64,000 nt of DNA, taken from Obrimoposthia wandeli. Taxonomy: Eukaryota. A model generated the notes under the pieces. It was not told the origin of the DNA and made no database searches. It worked only from the letters and a program-made list of their open reading frames with translations. The stretch spans positions 62,001-126,000 of the forward strand of contig CDROCS010005690.1 of NCBI GenBank assembly GCA_977020255.1. Reading direction: 5' to 3'. Below, in pieces: positions 57,940 to 64,000 of this stretch. Position numbers and translations under genes: made by a program. How positions within the stretch are numbered: position 1 is the first letter of the stretch; each line of letters starts with the position of its first letter.

Positions 57940-58136
57940 TTTTTTTAGTATAGTTTTTTAAAATTTTAGATCCCTATGACACCTTGACTCTAACTTTTTG
58001 TTATTTCAAAACATTTTTTAGGTTGGGCTTTATCTTTGCTGACAGATCTCGGGATGTTGTGTTTAATAAATGTATTAAAAAAAAATTCGTCTTATGTCTT
58101 TTATTATTTTACCCTTATATTTTTAGGGATTTAAAA

Positions 58137-58367
58137 TTAGTCTAAATTAGTACCATCCCGATTTAATACTTTTATTTGAACATAAAGCAAAGTATCATTC
58201 AAATCTAAATACTTGCTATTGGAACCATTAATATTAAATTCTAAATCGGTTAAAGTGGTTCCTGAAACTGAGTTAACTAGAAATATTTCTTCAAAGGAAG
58301 CATTATCTACAACTACTTGTGGAAGCGGTTTATCAAAATTACACAATTCAGTTTTGGCGCAACTCAT
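58137..58367 (-). pseudogene. Maverick major capsid protein, N-terminal 76 aa only
   Basis: CAKTELCNFDKPLPQ...LEFNINGSNSKYLDLNDTLLYVQIKV..DG. Confidence 0.8.
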
Positions 58368-58672
58368 TTTGCAAATATTGTTCCTTCAACTTTCTTACGT
58401 TTGTTTATATTGATTTTTTGCTTCTTTTTACTTTTAAATCCACTGCCTCATTGGCTTTTATTTGATTTACGTTTTCTAATCAAATTAGCAACTTCAGGTA
58501 AAACATTATCAAGTTCATCAAGCGCATGCTTCTTAAAAGTTGGTATTAGTTGGTATTATAATCTACCTAATGTTCTAAGCCAGCCAGATCCATATTGTTT
58601 ACCAACAAAATATGGTAATTCTCCACCTTGTTGGCTTTGACTATAAGCTTCAATTATTGCTGGATTCGCCAT
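58366..58672 (-). pseudogene. Small basic core-like protein with QxGG/QxGxG motifs (two stops)
   Basis: MANPAIIEAYSQSQQGGELPYFVGKQYGSGWLRTLGR...; Lys-rich tail; its stop overlaps the capsid ATG (ATGA). Confidence 0.65.
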
Positions 58673-58693
58673 TTTGTTTTCTTAAATGTATTG

Positions 58694-59711
58694 TTAAACT
58701 TGTCTTGACCCGTACGTGAAATCTATTAGTTGTCCGGAATCATCTCTAATATTTACTTCAATATTGTTTATAGAAAAGAGAGAAACTGGAAGATACATTG
58801 GTTGATCTATACACATACCGACAGCGTCCCCATCTTTAGTTTCATTTTTAGATATCCATATTGTTCTCAAAAGTGGAACTCGCTGTCCTCCTACAAGCGT
58901 TGGTTCTATCAAATTAGTATAAATATATAAATGATTAACAGCATTTAAAAGTTTTGCCTTATTTTTAGCTTTTATGGATTTTATTGTATGGGTTTCAAAG
59001 GTATTTCTGTTTAAACCAAGGATTTTAGCGAGTTTATCATCAAACAAAACTCGTATTATATTGCTCTTTACTGTAAACGTTATTTTACAATTTTTTAATG
59101 TTACACATTTATCGAAATATTCACTACATTCCTTCTGTATTAATTTACAGAAATTCACTTCACTATCTAATTTATAATCTTTTGAAAACATTTTCAGTTC
59201 CACTACATACTTTGGTCTCGTTTCAACTAAAAACACTTTTGTTACTCTATCAGGAACATTTTTAAACGATTTAGATGAGGCTATATCAGATCTCTTCATT
59301 TTTACTACATGTCCACTGTCAAAACCGAATTGAAGAGCTTCTCTATCAGATCCAAATATAATTTGAATAGCTTTTAAAAAATGTTTTAGTCGATTTTTAA
59401 ATCTGACTTTGTTTTTTCATATATTACTTTCACTTCTTTATCTATACAATTGTAATAGAATTTTCCTTTACTATCAAACCCAATCACAATTTCAATTGAT
59501 TTTTCATGATCAACTTCTTTTGTAAACGAAATATGTGAGTTTTTTCTGATAGTAATTGGAGAATAATAAAAGGAAATTCTGTTAAAGCCGCTTCCCATTC
59601 TCCTTGGAGATTTATAGGATTTTCCCATTCGATAATAAAGCTACTAGCGTAATTATCTGGTTGAGTCTTCGGACATCCGTTACTAGGTAAAACCATATAC
59701 ATAGACTTCAT
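58694..59711 (-). pseudogene. Maverick minor capsid (penton-like) protein, frameshifted
   Basis: YMVLPSNG..PDNYASSF...LQGEWEAALTEF; LYIYTNLIEPTLVGGQRVPLLR; IEVNIRDDSG. Confidence 0.85.
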
Positions 59712-60785
59712 ATTATATTAGATGCTGATATCCAAGTTGGGTCTGAATAACCATGCCATTTAACATAGTATTGTTTATGTTTACCGGCACCCTTAGATTT
59801 TAATATTTTTTGAATACGGAAAACGCTAGGTTTATTTGATATTACTTGTAGTTCTTACTCGTAAAATTTACCGTGAACGATATTATTGTCAGCATCTTTA
59901 ATAGTATACATTATTGGATTACTCTTTTGATCAATTTTATTTATACAAAATATTTCATCGCTCCAATTCTGATCAAAGTTTTTAATAAATGGAGTAGAGC
60001 TAATTTTCGAAATTCGAACATATTCGTTTTTCTTATATTTAGCTTTTTTAATTTTATCTTTTTTATTCCTGTTCATCCAAATGTCCATAGAGTTTTTATT
60101 AGTAACATCAACAGGTCTCATTCCCTTGAGACCTCTATGTTCAGAGTGATTATATGCATGTATTATTTTAGGTAAAACTTGGATCCATTTTTTATTTCCT
60201 TCTTTTGTGAAATACTTTTTTATTCGATCTCTTAAAGTACGATTAAATCTTTCTACTACTGCTGTTTTATACTGTGAAAACACAGAGTAGTGATTTATAT
60301 TATTTTGTTTTAGATTGAACTTGCTTATTATAAAATTATTTTCATAAATCAGTTTTCATATTTTGTAGAATGTCCTCTTTTAATATTTCTTTAATGGCTT
60401 CAAGCATAGCTATTGAAGACTTTGCTTTAACTGGAATTGCACGAGCAAACCTGCTAAATACATCAATACATGTTAAAATATATTGATATCCCTTATTAAT
60501 GGAAGAATATGGGATCATCTCCATCAAATCCATTTGCCATAAATTATTATGACCGCTGGTTTTGTAAGCTCTAGTTGGAAACCTTCTTCTCATCGGCTTG
60601 TTCAAACTGTAGGCTAAATGGTTGCTCAGCCATTTCTGCGTTTTCTTGTATTTTTGTTTTGTTCTTTTTGCTAATTTTGAAACTCCGGTGTAGCCAATTG
60701 GATCTTTTGGGTTGAACCATATCTTCTCCATTACAACAATTTGAATAAAAAGATAATTTAAATTTAGGTAAAGAAGGGTTAGCAC
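59708..60785 (-). pseudogene. Maverick integrase with C-terminal chromodomain (nonsense codons)
   Basis: WQMDLMEM, ILTCIDVFSRFA, VERFNRTLR, GKFYE; then IQKILKSK...YYVKWHGYSDPTW. Confidence 0.92.
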
Positions 60786-60817
60786 CCATATCTTTAACTG
60801 ATTTTATAAATAATTGT

Positions 60818-61147
60818 TTATGAACGTGTCGCAGCTATAATACTACTGATAATTGAAGCAACAACTGTAATAACAGCCCCTATGAAACCACCATTCTGTT
60901 TAAGAATAATATTTTGTTTCCTTTTTTTACTTTTTACATTAGCAATATCTAGAAGAGTTTTTCTATATTTCTTTAATATATTTTTCCGATTTCCAACTTT
61001 TACTCGACCCAAAACTATATTATATAAAACTTCCAATAAATCCTCTACAACAAAGGATGGAAATGCTTTAAGAATAATCATTCTCTTATTAGAAGAGGCT
61101 TTGACTAAAGCTTTAAAATAGGGTATGCTTCTTTGTATTTTCTTCAT
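60818..61147 (-). CDS. Conserved small Maverick protein ending QNGGF plus hydrophobic tail
   Basis: EVLYNIVLG...KQNGGFIGAVITVVASII. Confidence 0.7.
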   Translation of the reverse strand: MKKIQRSIPYFKALVKASSNKRMIILKAFPSFVVEDLLEVLYNIVLGRVKVGNRKNILKKYRKTLLDIANVKSKKRKQNIILKQNGGFIGAVITVVASIISSIIAATRS

Positions 61148-61328
61148 TTTAATAAAAAAGGTTCAATTTAAATATTGTTTATATTCGAAGCCATTTAAGT
61201 TTTTTTTTATTTTTAACTACAGATTTGATTAATTTTTTCACTTCTTTTATTTTTTAATGATTCTATTTTTTGATTTCTTAGGCTTTGCTTTACGTTTTAC
61301 TATCAACTTCTTAAAAGGCATTATAAAT

Positions 61329-61976
61329 TTATCTTTTATGATTGTTCTCTATTTGTTTATAAACAGTGACTCCCTTAGAATTAAATATGTCGGTTAAAAC
61401 ACGTAAATCATCTGGGCAAGCTTGTGTAAAGTCAATAAATATATACCCATGTGCTTGTTTAGCAGTATCGTGGAATGAATCAACTAGAAAGTTCTTATTT
61501 TGAGGAAATGCCTGTCTGGCCACAAAATCAACAACTGTTTGATCTCTAGGATTTTTAAATAAAACTAAGTAATGTACATTAAGATTTCTTGTTCTATGGT
61601 GACCTCCTTGGTGAAACAGATTTTGAGTGATAAATATAACTGTAACTTCACGATGTCTTGCAATCTTCATAAATAAATTATTAAAGTCTGATTCCTTGTT
61701 AGCTTCCTGATACAAATCATCAATTATTATTACATCTTCTTTTTTCAACCTTTCATACCAATTTGCATCAAATCCTTCAATAAATTTTATACCCTTCAAC
61801 TTGCAAACTTCTGTTTTGGTTAATCCGCTTTCCCCTCCTCCACCATGATGCCAATAAATATTTTTGAAACTAGATTTGAAAAGAGATTCATTTTGCAACA
61901 ATTTACATACGAAATGTGTCTTTCCACTTCCACTGGGACCAACTATTTGAAATACAGCATTATTATTTAGCTCCAT
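61329..61976 (-). CDS. Maverick DNA-packaging ATPase (A32/FtsK-like)
   Basis: GPSGSGKT, IIIDDL, RHREVTVIFITQNLF, YLVLFKNPRD; intact. Confidence 0.95.
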   Translation of the reverse strand: MELNNNAVFQIVGPSGSGKTHFVCKLLQNESLFKSSFKNIYWHHGGGGESGLTKTEVCKLKGIKFIEGFDANWYERLKKEDVIIIDDLYQEANKESDFNNLFMKIARHREVTVIFITQNLFHQGGHHRTRNLNVHYLVLFKNPRDQTVVDFVARQAFPQNKNFLVDSFHDTAKQAHGYIFIDFTQACPDDLRVLTDIFNSKGVTVYKQIENNHKR

Positions 61977-62012
61977 TGCATATACTCTTTCATTTTAATA
62001 TTGTTTATATTA

Positions 62013-62294
62013 TCATAGAAGTTTCCTTATTGAAATGTACAATGTTAGAGCTATTGTAGATGAAATACAAAAATTAATTAATGAATATTTGGCTATAATT
62101 TTATTTATTTGTGTACGATTTCTAAATTCTTGAATAACGTGTGATCTAACCAATATTTCAATGTTATCTCTTGTTATATCATTATTTTTTAATTCGGATA
62201 AAATTTCTTTACCCCTAATTTTTCCAGAAAATATTTCGTCGGCAAGCCGATCCACTTCATTGTCTCTATTTATAGTATTATTCATTTGAAACAA
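62013..62294 (-). CDS. Maverick hypothetical protein
   Basis: 93-aa ORF co-oriented between the ATPase and TBP-like genes. Confidence 0.4.
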   Translation of the reverse strand: MFQMNNTINRDNEVDRLADEIFSGKIRGKEILSELKNNDITRDNIEILVRSHVIQEFRNRTQINKIIAKYSLINFCISSTIALTLYISIRKLL

Positions 62295-62313
62295 TAAGTT
62301 TAAACGGGTTTGT

Positions 62314-62960
62314 TTATAGAAAATATAACAAGATGTAATAAGATATATTTTCTAAAATCAAATCAACAATGTCTGGATAATCGAAATTTTTCAATCCCAA
62401 TATCATAACTTTACCACTGGAAAATATATTTACACATAGCGGTTTAAACTTCAAATAACTGAGAGAAGGAAAAATTTCTGGTTCAAACATGCATTCTTCT
62501 TTCATTTTCTCTGCAGTTTTAAAAAGATTTATATGTTTCCCAAGATTAGCCGAAATCGTGATTGATTGTATTGCAGTGATTCGAATTCCAAATGGTAAAT
62601 TGAACCCAAGTATTGGTATTTTACATCCCATAACACGACAATTTCATTAAAGAATTCAATATGAAAATAAAAATACTAACCTGTAGGAAAAATAACAACT
62701 GTAAAATTGTCAAACGTTTCCACATATTGTCTCGGCTTCCATTCATTGAATGGTAAGTACAAAACATCATCTTCTGTTCTACCTTTATAATTTATATTTA
62801 CGAGTTTCATTAGACTAAAATTGTATTCTATAAAATCTTCTTTATATATGTCTGAACCTGCTTTTTTATTGCACGTTTCTTGTAATTATCTTGCAAACCT
62901 ATTATAATTGGATGATATATTTAGTCCAATCAAATTCAATGCTTTTGTTATATTAACCAA
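62314..62960 (-). pseudogene. TATA-binding-protein-like gene (second repeat intact at 62314-62631; first repeat degraded; probable intron)
   Basis: ANLGKHINL...FEPEIFPSL...VNIFSSGKVMILG; upstream FTVVIFPTG followed by GTTAGT near 62685. Confidence 0.75.
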
Positions 62961-63026
62961 TGAGATTCATGTTTTTGTTAGAAATTAGTATAAAAGAATG
63001 CACCATTGGAGGACAAATCACAGTAA

Positions 63027-63995
63027 ATGCATTCATATCAAAGACAATTATCAACGATGGACGATAGCCAACGGGTATTAAGCGATGACGAAGAAATGTT
63101 TGAAGAATCGGATAAGGATATGTATGAAGAAGTGAAACAATATTTCAAATACAAAGTCAGATTCTTGAAGAAGGCTCAACTGATTGCTTTAGTAAATCCT
63201 GTGACAATTGAAAGAAGAAAGTTCAGCTACTATCTATCAAATATTCAAAAACCAGATTTTCAATATCTTAAAAAGAAAGTTGAAAAGTCAGTTCCAAATT
63301 TTACTTTCAATAAGAACGAATTTTATATCTGAGGACCCGATGAAGCATTTCTAGATGACTATGGAAGATATGTTGATATTGATGCATTTCCGAAATAAAA
63401 GCAATGGACTGTAATTCGACAATTCGACTTTTTGGTTACAAGAAACAAAGGGACAGGATACAGAGGACAAGATACACAAGATACAGGGGACAAAGTTGCC
63501 CATGTGGAAAATTGAACGTGCTCATATTTCTATGTTTTAACTTTGGCGTGTAATAAATTGTAATCGGTTTTACTATGTTTCTTTCATTTAATAATCAGTT
63601 TTATTTTTTAAATATTTGTATCTTATATGTATCTTATATGTATTTTTTTATAAACATTGTTTTTTAATCAGTTTCCTTATTTTAGAATGGATAAGAGATG
63701 TGTAGCAAATTTTTATTATCCAGAAAGAATTTCAAAAGGAAAACTATGTAATATATTAAAGAGGTATCAAATTATACGAGTTATGAATCCTGTGAAAATA
63801 TCAAAAGTGGAGAATAAATATCTCATCGAAATTTTAACAACATCTGATGTTGATCAATTGAAAAATATTTTGGGATTTTACATTCCTGATTATGTATATG
63901 AAGGAAATTGTTTCCAGCTTGAAATTGATCCCAGTCTGGATTTTAAAGATGATTTAGGATATTTGATTGCTCCAATTCTAGATGAAGAACTATAG
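63027..63995 (+). CDS. Two Maverick-associated hypothetical ORFs (63027-63332, 63657-63995)
   Basis: Coding-like ORFs of 101 and 112 aa with no recognised motifs. Confidence 0.35.
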
Positions 63996-64000
63996 AATAT

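Larger units (their letters stand above)
48420..64000. mobile_element. Maverick/Polinton, decayed, with two nested solo LTRs; ends not in view
   Basis: Co-located adenain-like protease, pPolB, major and minor capsid, retroviral-like integrase with chromodomain and A32-like ATPase. Confidence 0.93.

Overview
AT-rich eukaryotic (invertebrate-like) genomic DNA dominated by mobile elements around one host gene. (1) 1-13139, minus strand: an ~12 kb LTR-bounded element with no recognisable RT, RNase H, integrase or gag. It carries a chuvirus/gB-like envelope glycoprotein and a retropepsin protease, plus a ubiquitin/SUMO-like domain, an AT-hook, a Bcl-2-like domain, a BIR domain, an active and a dead dual-specificity phosphatase, three type-I membrane proteins and three RING-H2 proteins. 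Most of these ORFs lie in continuous frames broken only by isolated stops or frameshifts, suggesting one ancestral ~2,900-aa polyprotein. This is the best candidate for an undescribed system. (2) 18130-42209, plus strand: a 9-coding-exon FAM13-family RhoGAP gene. Its first intron holds two copies of a hepadnavirus-like RT-RNase H element with an epsilon-like stem-loop, plus Tc1/mariner and Gypsy remnants. (3) ~48400-64000: a decayed Maverick/Polinton (protease, pPolB, capsids, integrase, ATPase) that also carries a TBP-like gene and a spliced, exon-duplicated basic protein. (4) Three solo LTRs related to the LTRs of element 1, and several old Gypsy, hAT and pogo remnants. All protein assignments come from motif recognition by eye; no database search was run.
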